This document shows, one piece after another, positions 10,646-23,680 of a DNA stretch of 64,000 nt. The notes under the pieces are model-generated. The model saw only the letters and a list, made by a program, of their open reading frames with translations, made no database searches and had not been told where the DNA came from. This stretch comes from the human T2T-CHM13v2.0 reference genome, Homo sapiens, in the NCBI RefSeq assembly GCF_009914755.1, contig NC_060933.1. One strand, 5' to 3'. Each line of letters begins with the position of its first letter. Position 1 is the first letter of the stretch. Both the position numbers and the translations under genes were made by a program.

Positions 10646-13600
10646 GAGTAAGGGAGTTGAATAGAATCAATCCGAATGTAATGGAATGGAATGCAACGGA
10701 ATGGAATGGAATGGAATGCAATGGAATGCAATCAACCCGAGTACAATGGAATGGAATGGAATGGAATGGAATGGAATGGAATGGAATGCCTTCAAACCGA
10801 ATGGAATGGAAAGGAATGGAATCAACACGAGTGGAATGGAATGGAATGGAATGGAATGGAATGATACGGAATAGAATGGAATGGAACGAAATGGAATGGA
10901 ATGGAATGGAATGGAATGGAATCGTTCCGAGTGGAATAGGAGGGAATGTATTCGAGTGGAATGGAAAGGAATGGAATCAACCAGAGTGGAATGGAAGGGA
11001 ATGGAATGGAATGGAAACTAATAGAATGTAATCAACCCGAGTGGAATGGAATGGAAAGGACTGGAATGGAATGGAATGGAATGGAATGGAATGGAATCAA
11101 CTCGATTGTAATGGAATGGAATGAAATGGAATGGAATGGAATGGAATGAAATGGAATGGAATTAACCCGAATACAATGGAATGGAATGGAATGGAACGGA
11201 ATGGAGTGGAATGGAATGGAATCAACCCGAGTGCAGGGGAAGGGAATGGAAGCAATGCAATGGAATGGAATCATCCGGAATGGAATGGAATGGAATTGAA
11301 TGCAAAGCAATGGAATCAACTCGATTGCAATGGAATAGAATGGAATGGAAAGGAATACATTGGAATCAACCCGAGTCGAATGGAATGGAAAGGACTGGAA
11401 TGGAGTGGAATGGAATGGAATGGAATGGAATGGAATCAACTCGATTGGAATGGAATGGAATGGAATGGAATGGAATGGAATTAACCCGAATAGAATGGAA
11501 TGGAGTGGAATGGAACGGAACGGAACGGAACGGAAAGGAACGGAACGGAATGGAATGGAATGGAATGGAATGGAATGGAATGGAATCAACCCGACTGCAG
11601 GGGAATGGAATGGAATGGAATGCAATGGAATGGATTCAACTTGAATGGAATGGAAAGAATGGAATCAACACGAGTGGAATGGCATGGATTGGAATGGAAT
11701 GGAATGGAATCAACCCGAGTACAGGGGAATGGAATGGAATGGAATGCAATGGAATGGAATCATCCGTAATGGAATGGAAAGGAATGGAATGGAATGGAAT
11801 GGAATGTAATGGAATGGAATGCAACGGAATGGAATGGAATGGAATGCAATGGAATGCAATCAACCCGAGTACAATGGAATGGAATGGAATGGAATGGAAT
11901 GGAATGGAATGGAATGCCTTCAAACCGAATGGAATGGAAAGGAATGGAATCAACACGAATGGAATGGAATGGAATGGAATGGAATGGAATGGAATGGAAT
12001 GATACGGAATAGAATGGAATGGAACGAAATGGAATGGAATGGAATGGAATGGAATGGAATCGTTCCGAGTGGAATAGGAGGGAATGTATTCGAGTGGAAT
12101 GGAAAGGAATGGAATCAACCAGAGTGGAATGGAAGGGAATGGAATGGAATGGAAACTAATAGAATGGAATCAACCAGAGTGGAATGGAATGGAAAGGACT
12201 GGAATGGAATGGAATGGAATGGAATCAACTCGATTGTAATGGAATGGAATGGAATGGAATGGAATGGAATGGAATTAACCCGAATACAATGGAATGGAAT
12301 GGAATGGAACGGAATGGAGTGGAATGGAATGGAATCAACCAGAGTGCAGGGGAATGGAATGGAATGGAATTCCATGGAATGGAATCATCCGGAATGGAAT
12401 GGAATGGAATGAAATGCAAAGCAATGGAATCAACTCGATTGCAATGGAATGGAATGGAATGGAAAGGAATACATTGGAATCAACCCGAGTGGAATGAAAT
12501 GGAAAGGACTGGAATGGAGTGGAATGGAATGGAATGGAATGGAATCAACTCGATTGGAATGGAATGGAATGGAATGGAATGGAATGGAATGGAATGGAAT
12601 TAACCCGAATAGAATGGAATGGAATGGAATGGAACGGAACGGAACGGAATGGAATGGAATGGAATGGAATGGAATGGAATGGAATGGAATCAACCCGACT
12701 GCAGGGGAATGGAATGGAATGGAATGCAATGGAATAGATTCAACTTGAATGGAATGGAAAGAATGGAATCAACACGAGTGGAATGGCATGGATTCGAATG
12801 GAATGGAAAGGAATGAACCCGAGTACAGGGGAATGGAATGGAATGGAATGCAATGGAATGGAATCATCCGTAATGGAATTGAAAGGAATGGAATGGAATG
12901 GAATGGAATGGAATGGAATGGAATGGAATCAACTCGATTGCAATCGAATGGATTGGAATGGAATTAACCCGAATAGAATGGAATGGAATGGAATGGAATG
13001 GAATGGAAAGGAATGGAATGGAATGGAATGGAATGGAATGGAATGGAATGGAACGGAAAGGAAGGGAATGCAATGGAATAGAATGGAATGGAATGGAATC
13101 AACGCGAGTGCAGGGGAATGGAATGGAATGGAATGCAATGGAATGGAATCTTCCGGAATGGAATGGAATGGAATGGAATGGAATCAACCCGAGTGCAATG
13201 GAATGGAGTGGAATGGAATGGAATGGAATGGAACAACCCGAATGGAATGGAATGTAATGGAGAGTAAGGGAGTTGAATAGAATCAATCCGAATGTAATGG
13301 AATGGAATGGAACGGAATGGAATTGAATGGAATGGAATGGAATGCAATGGAATGGAATCAACCTGAGTGCAATGGAATGGAGAGGAATGGAATGGAATGG
13401 AATGGAAACTACCCGAATGAAATGGAATGTAATGGAGTGTAAGGGAATTGAATAGAATCAATCCGAATGTAATGGAATGGAATGGAACGGAATGGAGTGG
13501 AATGGAATGGAATCAACCCGAGTGCAGGGGAAGGGAATGGAAGCAATGCAATGGAATGGAATCATCCGGAATGGAATGGAATGGAATTGAATGCAAAGCA

Positions 13601-16600
13601 ATGGAATCAACTCGATTGCAATGGAATAGAATGGAATGGAAAGGAATACATTGGAATCAACCCGAGTCGAATGGAATGGAAAGGACTGGAATGGAGTGGA
13701 ATGGAATGGAATGGAATGGAATGGAATCAACTCGATTGGAATGGAATGGAATGGAATGGAATGGAATGGAATGGAATTAACCCGAATAGAATGGAATGGA
13801 GTGGAATGGAACGGAACGGAACGGAACGGAACGGAACGGAATGGAATGGAATGGAATGGAATGGAATGGAATGGAATCAACCCGACTGCAGGGGAATGGA
13901 ATGGAATGGAATGCAATGGAATGGATTCAACTTGAATGGAATGGAAAGAATGGAATCAACACGAGTGGAATGGCATGGATTGGAATGGAATGGAATGGAA
14001 TCAACCCGAGTACAGGGGAATGGAATGGAATGGAATGCAATGGAATGGAATCATCCGTAATGGAATGGAAAGGAATGGAATGGAATGGAATGGAATGGAA
14101 TCGAATGGAATGGAATGGAATCAACTCGATTGCAATCGAATGGAATGGAATGGAATCAACCCGAGTGCAATCGAATGGAATCGAATGGAATGGAATGCAA
14201 TGGAATGGATTCAACTTGAATGGAATGGAAAGAATGGAATCAACACGAGTGGAAGGGCATGGATTGGAATGCAATGGAACGGAATCAACCCGAGTACAGG
14301 GGAATGGAATGGAATGGAATGCAATGGAATTTAATCATCCGTAATGGAATGGAAAGGAATGGAATGGAATGGAATGGAATGGAATGGAATCAACACGATT
14401 GCAATCGAATGGAATGGAATGGAATTAACCCGAATAGAATGGAATGGAATGGAATGGAATGGAACGGAACGGAATGGAATGGAATGGAATGGAACGGAAC
14501 GGAATGAAATGGAATGGAATGGAATGGAATGGAATGGAATCAACGCGAGTGTAGGGGAATGGAATGGAATGGAATGCAATGGAATGGAATCTTCCGGAAT
14601 GGAATGGAATGGAATGGAATGGAATGAAATGCAATGGATTCAACTTGATTGCAATGGAATGTAATAGAATGGAATGGAATGGAATGGAATGGAATTAACC
14701 CGAATAGAATGGAATGGAATGGAATGGAACGGAATGGAACGGAATGGAATGCAATGGAATGGAATGGAATGGAATGGAATGGTATGGAATGGAATGGAAT
14801 GGTACGGAATAGAATGGAATGGAACGAATTGTAATGGAATGGAATTGAATGGAATGGAATGGAATGGAATGGAATCAACGCGAGTGCAGGGGAATGTAAT
14901 GGAACGGAATGCAATGGAATGGAATCATCCAGAATGGAATGGAATGGAATGGAATGGAATGGAATCAACCCGAGTGCATTGGAATGGAGTGGAATGGAAT
15001 GGAATGGAACAACCCGAATGGAATGGAATGGAATGGAGAGTAAGGGAGTTGAATAGAATCAATCCGAATGTAATGGAATGGAATGCAACGGAATGGAATG
15101 GAATGGAATGCAATGGAATGCAATCAACCCGAGTACAATGGAATGGAATGGAATGGAATGGAATGGAATGGAATGGAATGGAATGCCTTCAAACCGAATG
15201 GAATGGAAAGGAATGGAATCAACACGAGTGGAATGGAATGGAATGGAATGGAATGGAATGATACGGAATAGAATGGAATGGAACGAAATGGAATGGAATG
15301 GAATGGAATGGAATGGAATCGTTCCGAGTGGAATAGGAGGGAATGTATTCGAGTGGAATGGAAAGGAATGGAATCAACCAGAGTGGAATGGAAGGGAATG
15401 GAATGGAATGGAAACTAATAGAATGTAATCAACCCGAGTGGAATGGAATGGAAAGGACTGGAATGGAATGGAATGGAATGGAATGGAATGGAATCAACTC
15501 GATTGTAATGGAATGGAATGAAATGGAATGGAATGGAATGGAATGAAATGGAATGGAATTAACCCGAATACAATGGAATGGAATGGAATGGAACGGAATG
15601 GAGTGGAATGGAATGGAATCAACCCGAGTGCAGGGGAAGGGAATGGAAGCAATGCAATGGAATGGAATCATCCGGAATGGAATGGAATGGAATTGAATGC
15701 AAAGCAATGGAATCAACTCGATTGCAATGGAATAGAATGGAATGGAAAGGAATACATTGGAATCAACCCGAGTCGAATGGAATGGAAAGGACTGGAATGG
15801 AGTGGAATGGAATGGAATGGAATGGAATGGAATCAACTCGATTGGAATGGAATGGAATGGAATGGAATGGAATGGAATTAACCCGAATAGAATGGAATGG
15901 AGTGGAATGGAACGGAACGGAACGGAACGGAAAGGAACGGAACGGAATGGAATGGAATGGAATGGAATGGAATCAACCCGACTGCAGGGGAATGGAATGG
16001 AATGGAATGCAATGGAATGGATTCAACTTGAATGGAATGGAAAGAATGGAATCAACACGAGTGGAATGGCATGGATTGGAATGGAATGGAATGGAATCAA
16101 CCCGAGTACAGGGGAATGGAATGGAATGGAATGCAATGGAATGGAATCATCCGTAATGGAATGGAAAGGAATGGAATGGAATGGAATGGAATGGAATGGA
16201 ATGGAATGGAATGGAATCAACTCGATTGCAATCGAATGGAATGGAATGGAATCAACCCGAGTGCAATCGAATGGAATCGAATGGAATGGAATGCAATGGA
16301 ATGGATTCAACTTGAATGGAATGGAAAGAATGGAATCAACACGAGTGGAAGGGCATGGATTGGAATGCAATGGAATGGAATCAACCCGAGTACAGGGGAA
16401 TGGAATGGAATGGAATGCAATGGAATTTAATCATCCGTAATGGAATGGAAAGGAATGGAATGGAATGGAATGGAATGGAAAGGAATCAACACGATTGCAA
16501 TCGAATGGAATGGAATGGAATTAACCCGAATAGAATGGAATGGAATGGAATGGAATGGAACGGAATGGAATGGAATGGAATGGAATGGAATGGAACGGAA

Positions 16601-17975
16601 CGGAATGAAATGGAATGGAATGGAATGGAATGGAATGGAATCAACGCGAGTGTAGGGGAATGGAATGGAATGGAATGCAATGGAATGGAATCTTCCGGAA
16701 TGGAATGGAATGGAATGGAATGGAATGAAATGCAATGGATTCAACTTGATTGCAATGGAATGTAATAGAATGGAATGGAATGGAATGGAATGGAATTAAC
16801 CCGAATAGAATGGAATGGAATGGAATGGAACGGAATGGAACGGAATGGAATGCAATGGAATGGAATGGAATGGAATGGAATGGTATGGAATGGAATGGAA
16901 CGGTACGGAATAGAATGGAATGGAACGAATTGTAATGGAATGGAATTGAATGGAATGGAATGGAATGGAATGGAATCAACGCGAGTGCAGGGGAATGTAA
17001 CGGAACGGAATGCAATGGAATGGAATCATCCAGAATGGAATGGAATGGAATGGAATGGAATGGAATCAACCCGAGTGCATTGGAATGGAGTGGAATGGAA
17101 TGGAATGGAATGGAACAACCCGAATGGAATGGAATGTAATGGAGAGTAAGGGAGTTGAATAGAATCAATCCGAATGTAATGGAATGGAATGCAACGGAAT
17201 GGAATGGAATGGAATGCAATGGAATGCAATCAACCCGAGTACAATGGAATGGAATGGAATGGAATGGAATGGAATGGAATGGAATGCCTTCAAACCGAAT
17301 GGAATGGAAAGGAATGGAATCAACACGAATGGAATGGAATGGAATGGAATGGAATGGAATGGAATGGAATGATACGGAATAGAATGGAATGGAACGAAAT
17401 GGAATGGAATGGAATGGAATGGAATGGAATCGTTCCGAGTGGAATAGGAGGGAATGTATTCGAGTGGAATGGAAAGGAATGGAATCAACCAGAGTGGAAT
17501 GGAAGGGAATGGAATGGAATGGAAACTAATAGAATGGAATCAACCAGAGTGGAATGGAATGGAAAGGACTGGAATGGAATGGAATGGAATGGAATCAACT
17601 CGATTGTAATGGAATGGAATGGAATGGAATGGAATGGAATGGAATTAACCCGAATACAATGGAATGGAATGGAATGGAACGGAATGGAGTGGAATGGAAT
17701 GGAATCAACCAGAGTGCAGGGGAATGGAATGGAATGGAATTCCATGGAATGGAATCATCCGGAATGGAATGGAATGGAATGAAATGCAAAGCAATGGAAT
17801 CAACTCGATTGCAATGGAATGGAATGGAATGGAAAGGAATACATTGGAATCAACCCGAGTGGAATGAAATGGAAAGGACTGGAATGGAGTGGAATGGAAT
17901 GGAATGGAATGGAATGGAATGGAATGGAATGGAATCAACTCGATTGGAATGGAATGGAATGGAATGGAATGGAAT
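10621..17975 (+). repeat. ~7.35 kb tandem duplication, copy 2
   Basis: Begins at the junction CAACTCGATT(GGAAT)n-GGAGAGTAAGGG at ~10603-10654. It reproduces the deletion junction (4440 to ~11795) and the 5.4 kb unit junction (6125 to ~13470) of copy 1. Confidence 0.9.
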
Positions 17976-18890
17976 GGAATGGAATGGAATTAACCCGAAT
18001 AGAATGGAATGGAATGGAATGGAACGGAACGGAACGGAATGGAATGGAATGGAATGGAATGGAATGGAATGGAATGGAATCAACCCGACTGCAGGGGAAT
18101 GGAATGGAATGGAATGCAATGGAATAGATTCAACTTGAATGGAATGGAAAGAATGGAATCAACACGAGTGGAATGGCATGGATTCGAATGGAATGGAAAG
18201 GAATGAACCCGAGTACAGGGGAATGGAATGGAATGGAATGCAATGGAATGGAATCATCCGTAATGGAATGGAAAGGAATGGAATGGAATGGAATGGAATG
18301 GAATGGAATGGAATGGAATCAACTCGATTGCAATCGAATGGATTGGAATGGAATTAACCCGAATAGAATGGAATGGAATGGAATGGAATGGAATGGAAAG
18401 GAATGGAATGGAATGGAATGGAATGGAATGTAATGGAATGGAATGGAACGGAAAGGAAGGGAATGCAATGGAATAGAATGGAATGGAATGGAATCAACGC
18501 GAGTGCAGGGGAATGGAATGGAATGGAATGCAATGGAATGGAATCTTCCGGAATGGAATGGAATGGAATGGAATGGAATCAACCCGAGTGCAATGGAATG
18601 GAGTGGAATGGAATGGAATGGAATGGAACAACCCGAATGGAATGGAATGTAATGGAGAGTAAGGGACTTGAATAGAATCAATCCGAATGTAATGGAATGG
18701 AATGGAACGGAATGGAATTGAATGGAATGGAATGGAATGCAATGGAATGGAATCAACCTGAGTGCAATGGAATGGAGAGGAATGGAATGGAATGGAATGG
18801 AAACTACCCGAATGGAATGGAATGTAATGGAGTGTAAGGGAATTGAATAGAATCAATCCGAATGTAATGGAATGGAATGGAACGGAATGG
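13470..18890 (+). repeat. Full-length ~5.4 kb higher-order unit
   Basis: ORFs 13099..13461 and 18494..18856 are offset by 5395. Shared private variants include CAACCTGAGT (6011, ~13359, ~18754), ATAGATTCAA, GGATTCGAAT and GAACCCGAG. Confidence 0.8.
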
Positions 18891-21800
18891 AATGGAATGG
18901 AATGGAATGGAATGGAATGGAATGCAATGGAATGGAATCAACCCGAGTGCAATCGAATGGAATCGAATGGAATGGAATGCAATGGAATGGATTCAACTTG
19001 AATGGAATGGAAAGAATGGAATCAACACGAGTGGAATGGCATGGCTTGGAATGGAATGGAATGGAATCAACCCGAGTACAGGGGAATGGAATGGAATGGA
19101 ATGCAATGGAATGGAATCATCCGTAATGGAATGGAAAGGAATGGAATGGAATGGAATGGAATGGAATGGAATGGAATGGAATCAACTCGATTGCAATCGA
19201 ATGGAATGGAATTGAATTAACCCGAATAGAATGGAATGGAATGGAATGGAACGGAACGGAATGGAATGGAATGGAATGGAATGGAATGGAATGGAATGGA
19301 ACGGAACGGAATGGAATGGAATGGAATGGAATGGAATGGAATGGAATGGAATCAACGCGAGTGCACGGGAATGGAATGGAATGGAATGCAATGGAATGGA
19401 ATCTTCCGGAATGGAATGGAATGGAATGGAATGGAATGAAATGCAATGGATTCAACTCGATTGCAATGGAATGGAATAGAATGGAATGGAATGGAATGGA
19501 ATGGAAGTAATTCGAATAGAATGGAATGGAATGGAATGGAACGGAATGGAACAGAATGGAATGGAATGGAATGGAATGGAATGGTATGGAATGGAATGGA
19601 ATGGTACGGAATAGAATGGAATGGAACGAATTGTAATGGAATGGAATTGAATGGAATGGAATGGATTCAACGCGAGTGCAGGGGAATGTAATGGAACGGA
19701 ATGCAATGGAATGGAATCATCCGGAATGGAATGGAATGGAATGGAATGGAATGGAATCAACCCGAGTGCAATGGAATGGAGTGGAATGGAATGGAATGGA
19801 ATGGAACAACCCGAATGGAATGGAATGTAATGGAGAGTAAGGGAGTTGAATAGAATCAATCCGAATGTAATGGAATGCAATGCAACGGAATGGAATGGAA
19901 TGGAATGGAATGGAATGCAATGGAATTGAATCAACCCGAGTACAATGGAATGGAATGGAATGGAATGGAATGGAATGGAATGGAATGGAATGATACGGAA
20001 TAGAATGGAATGGAACGAAATGGAATGGAATGGAATGGAATGGAATGGAATGGAATGGAATGGAATGGAATGGAATCGTTCCGAGTGGAATAGGAGGGAA
20101 TGTATTCGAGTGGAATGGAAAGGAATGGAATCAACCAGAGTGGAATGGAAGGGAATGGAATGGAATGGAAACTAATAGAATGGAATCAACCCGAGAGGAA
20201 TGGAATGGAAAGGACTGGAATGGATTGGAATCAACACGATTTTAATGGAATGGAATGGAATGGAATGGAATGGAATGGAATGGAATGGAATTAACCCGAA
20301 TACAATGCAATGGAATGGAATGGAAAGGAATGGAGTGGAATGGAATGGAATCAACCCGAGTGCAGGGGAATGGAATGGAATGGAATGCAATGGAATGGAA
20401 TCATCCGGAATGGAATGGAATGGAATGGAATGCAACGCCATGGAATCAACTCGATTGCAATTGAATGGAATGGAATGGAAAGGAATACATTGGAATCAAC
20501 CCGAGTGGAATGGAATGGAAAGGACTGGAATGGAGTGGAATGGAATGGAATGGAATGGAATGGAATGGAATCAACTCGATTGGAATGGAATGGAATGGAT
20601 TGGAATGGAATGGAATTAACCCGAATAGAATGGAATGGAATGGAATGGAACGGAACGGAACGGAATGGAATGGAATGGAATGGAATGGAATGGAATGGAA
20701 TGGAAACAACCCGACTGCAGGGGAATGGAATGGAATGGAATGCAATGGAATGGATTCAACTTGAATGGAATGGAAAGAATGGAATCAACACGAGTGGAAT
20801 GGCATGGATTGGAATGGAATGGAATGGAATCAACCCGAGTACAGAGGAATGGAATGGAATGGAATGCAATGGAATGGAATCATCCGTAATGGAATGGAAA
20901 GGAATGGAATGGAATGGAATGGAATGGAATGGAATGGAATCAACTCGATTGCAATCGAATGGAATGGAATGGAATTAACCCGAGTGCAATGGAATGGAGT
21001 GGAATGGAATGGAATGGAATGGAACAACCCGAATGGAATGGAATGGAATGGAGTGTAAGGGAGTTGAATAGAATCAATCCGAATGTAATGGAATGGAATG
21101 GAACGGAATGGAATTGAATGGAATGGAATGGAATGCAATGGAATGGAATCAACCCGAGTTAAATGGAATGGAGAGGAATGGAAAGGAATGGAATGCAAAC
21201 TACCCGAATGGAATGGAATGTAATGGAGTGTAAGGGAATTGAATAGAATCAATCCGAATGTAATGGAATGGAAAGGAACGGAATGGAATGGAATGGAATG
21301 GAATGTTATGGAATGGAATGGAATGCAATGGAATGGAATCAACCCGAGTGGAATCGAATGGAATCGAATGGAATGGAATGCAATGGAATGGATTCAAATT
21401 GAATGGAATGGAAAGAATAGAATCAACACGAGTGGAATGGCATGGCTTGGAATGGAATGGAATGGAATCAACCCGAGTACAGGGGAATGGAATGGAATGG
21501 AATGCAATGGAATGGAATCATCCGTAATGGAATGGAAAGGAATGGAATGGAATGGAATGGAATGGAATGGAATGGAATGGAATCAACTCGATTGCAATCG
21601 AATGGAATGGAATTGAATTAACCCGAATAGAATGGAATGGAATGGAATGGAACGGAACGGAATGGAATGGAATGGAATGGAATGGAATGGAATGGAATGG
21701 AACGGAACGGAATGGAATGGAATGGAATGGAATGGAATGGAATCAACGCGAGTGCAGGGGAATGGAATGGAATGGAATGCAATGGAATGGAATCTTCCGG

Positions 21801-23680
21801 AATGGAATGGAATGGAATGGAATGGAATGAAATGCAATGGATTCAACTCGATTGCAGTGGAATGGAATAGAATGGAATGGAATGGAATGGAATGGAATTA
21901 ATTCGAACAGAATGGAATGGAATGGAATGGAACGGAATGGAACGGAATGGAATGGAATGGAATGGAATGGAATGGTATGGAATGGAATGGAATGGTACGG
22001 AATAGAATGGAATGGAACGAATTGTAATGGAATGGAATGGAATGGTATGGAATGGAATGGAATGGTACGGAATAGAATGGAATGGAACGAATTGTAATGG
22101 AATGGAATTGAATGGAATGGAATGGATTCAACGCGAGTGCAGGGGAATGTAATGGAACGGAAGGCAATGGAATGGAATCATTCGGAATGGAATGGAATGG
22201 AATGGAATGGAATGGAATCAACCCGAGTGCAATGGAATGTAGTGGAATGGAATGGAATGGAATGGAACAACCCGAATGGAATGGAATGTAATGGAGAGTA
22301 AGGGAGTTGAATAGAATCAATCCGAATGTAATGGAATGCAATGCAACGGAATGGAATGGAATGGAATGGAATGAAATGGAATGGAATGATACGGAATAGA
22401 ATGGAATGGAACGAAATGGAATGGAATGGAATGGAATGGAATGGAATGGAATGGAATGGAATGGAATGGAATCGTTCCGAGTGGAATAGGAGGGAATGTA
22501 TTTGAGTGGAATGGAAAGGAATGGAATCAGCCAGAGTGGAATGGAAGGGAATGGAATGGAATGGAAACTAATAGATTGGAATCAACCCGAGAGGAATGGA
22601 ATGGAAAGGACTGGAATGGATTGGAATCAACTCGATTTTAATGGAATGGAATGGAATGGAATGGAATGGAATGGAATGGATTTAACTCGAATACAATGCA
22701 ATAGAATGGAATGGAACGGAATGGAGTGGAATGGAATGGAATCAACCCGAGTGCAGGGGAATGGAATGGAATGGAATGCAATGGAATGGAATCATCCGGA
22801 ATGGAATGGGATGGAATGGAATGCAACGCCATGGAATCAACTCGATTGCAATTGAATGGAATGGAATGGAAAGGAATACATTGGAATCAACCCGAGTGGA
22901 ATGGAATGGAAAGGACTGGAATGGAGTGGAATGGAATGGAATGGAATGGAATGGAATGGAATCAACTCGATTGGAATGGAATGGAATGGAATGGAATGGA
23001 ATGGAATTAACCCGAATAGAATGGAATGGAATGGAATGGAACGGAATGGAACGGAACGGAATGGAATGGAATGGAATGGAGTGGAATGGAATGGAATGGA
23101 AACAACCCGACTGCAGGGGAATGGAATGGAATGGAATGCAATGGAATGTATTCAACTTGAGTGGAATGGAAAGAATGGAATCAACACGAGTGGAATGGCA
23201 TGGATTGGAATGGAATGGAATGGAATCAACCCGAGTACAGAGGAATGGAATGGAATGGAATGCAATGGAATGGAGTCATCCGTAATGGAATGGAAAGGAA
23301 TGGAATGGAATGGAATGGAATGGAATGGAATGGAATGGAATGGAATCAACTCGATTGCAATCGAATGGAATGGAATGGAATTAACCCGAGTGCAATGGAA
23401 TGGAGTGGAATGGAATGGAATGGAATGGAACAACCCGAATGGAATGGAATGTAATGGAGTGTAAGGGAGTTGAATAGAATCAATCCGAATGTAATGGAAT
23501 GGAATGGAACGGAATGGAATTGAATGGAATGGAATGGAATGCAATGGAATGGAATCAACCCGAGTTAAATGGAATGGAGAGGAATGGAATGGAATGGAAT
23601 GCAAACTACCCGAATGGAATGGAATGTAATGGAGTGTAAGGGAATTGAATAGAATCAATCCGAATGTAATGGAATGGAAT
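18870..23680 (+). repeat. Older ~2.4 kb tandem duplication (repeated at ~40200-44930)
   Basis: Private variants appear twice ~2.4 kb apart: ATGGCTTGG 19041/21442, GCAACGCCATGG ~20432/~22823, GGAAACAACCCGACT ~20702/~23098, TACAGAGG ~20840/~23236 and GAGTTAAATGG ~21156/~23562. The two copies show more mismatches than the 21 kb pair. Confidence 0.85.
21971..22110 (+). repeat. 70-bp local tandem duplication (also at 43211-43350)
   Basis: AATGGTATGG...GGTACGGAATAG...AACGAATTGTAATGG occurs at 21971 and again at 22041; other modules carry it once. Confidence 0.9.
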
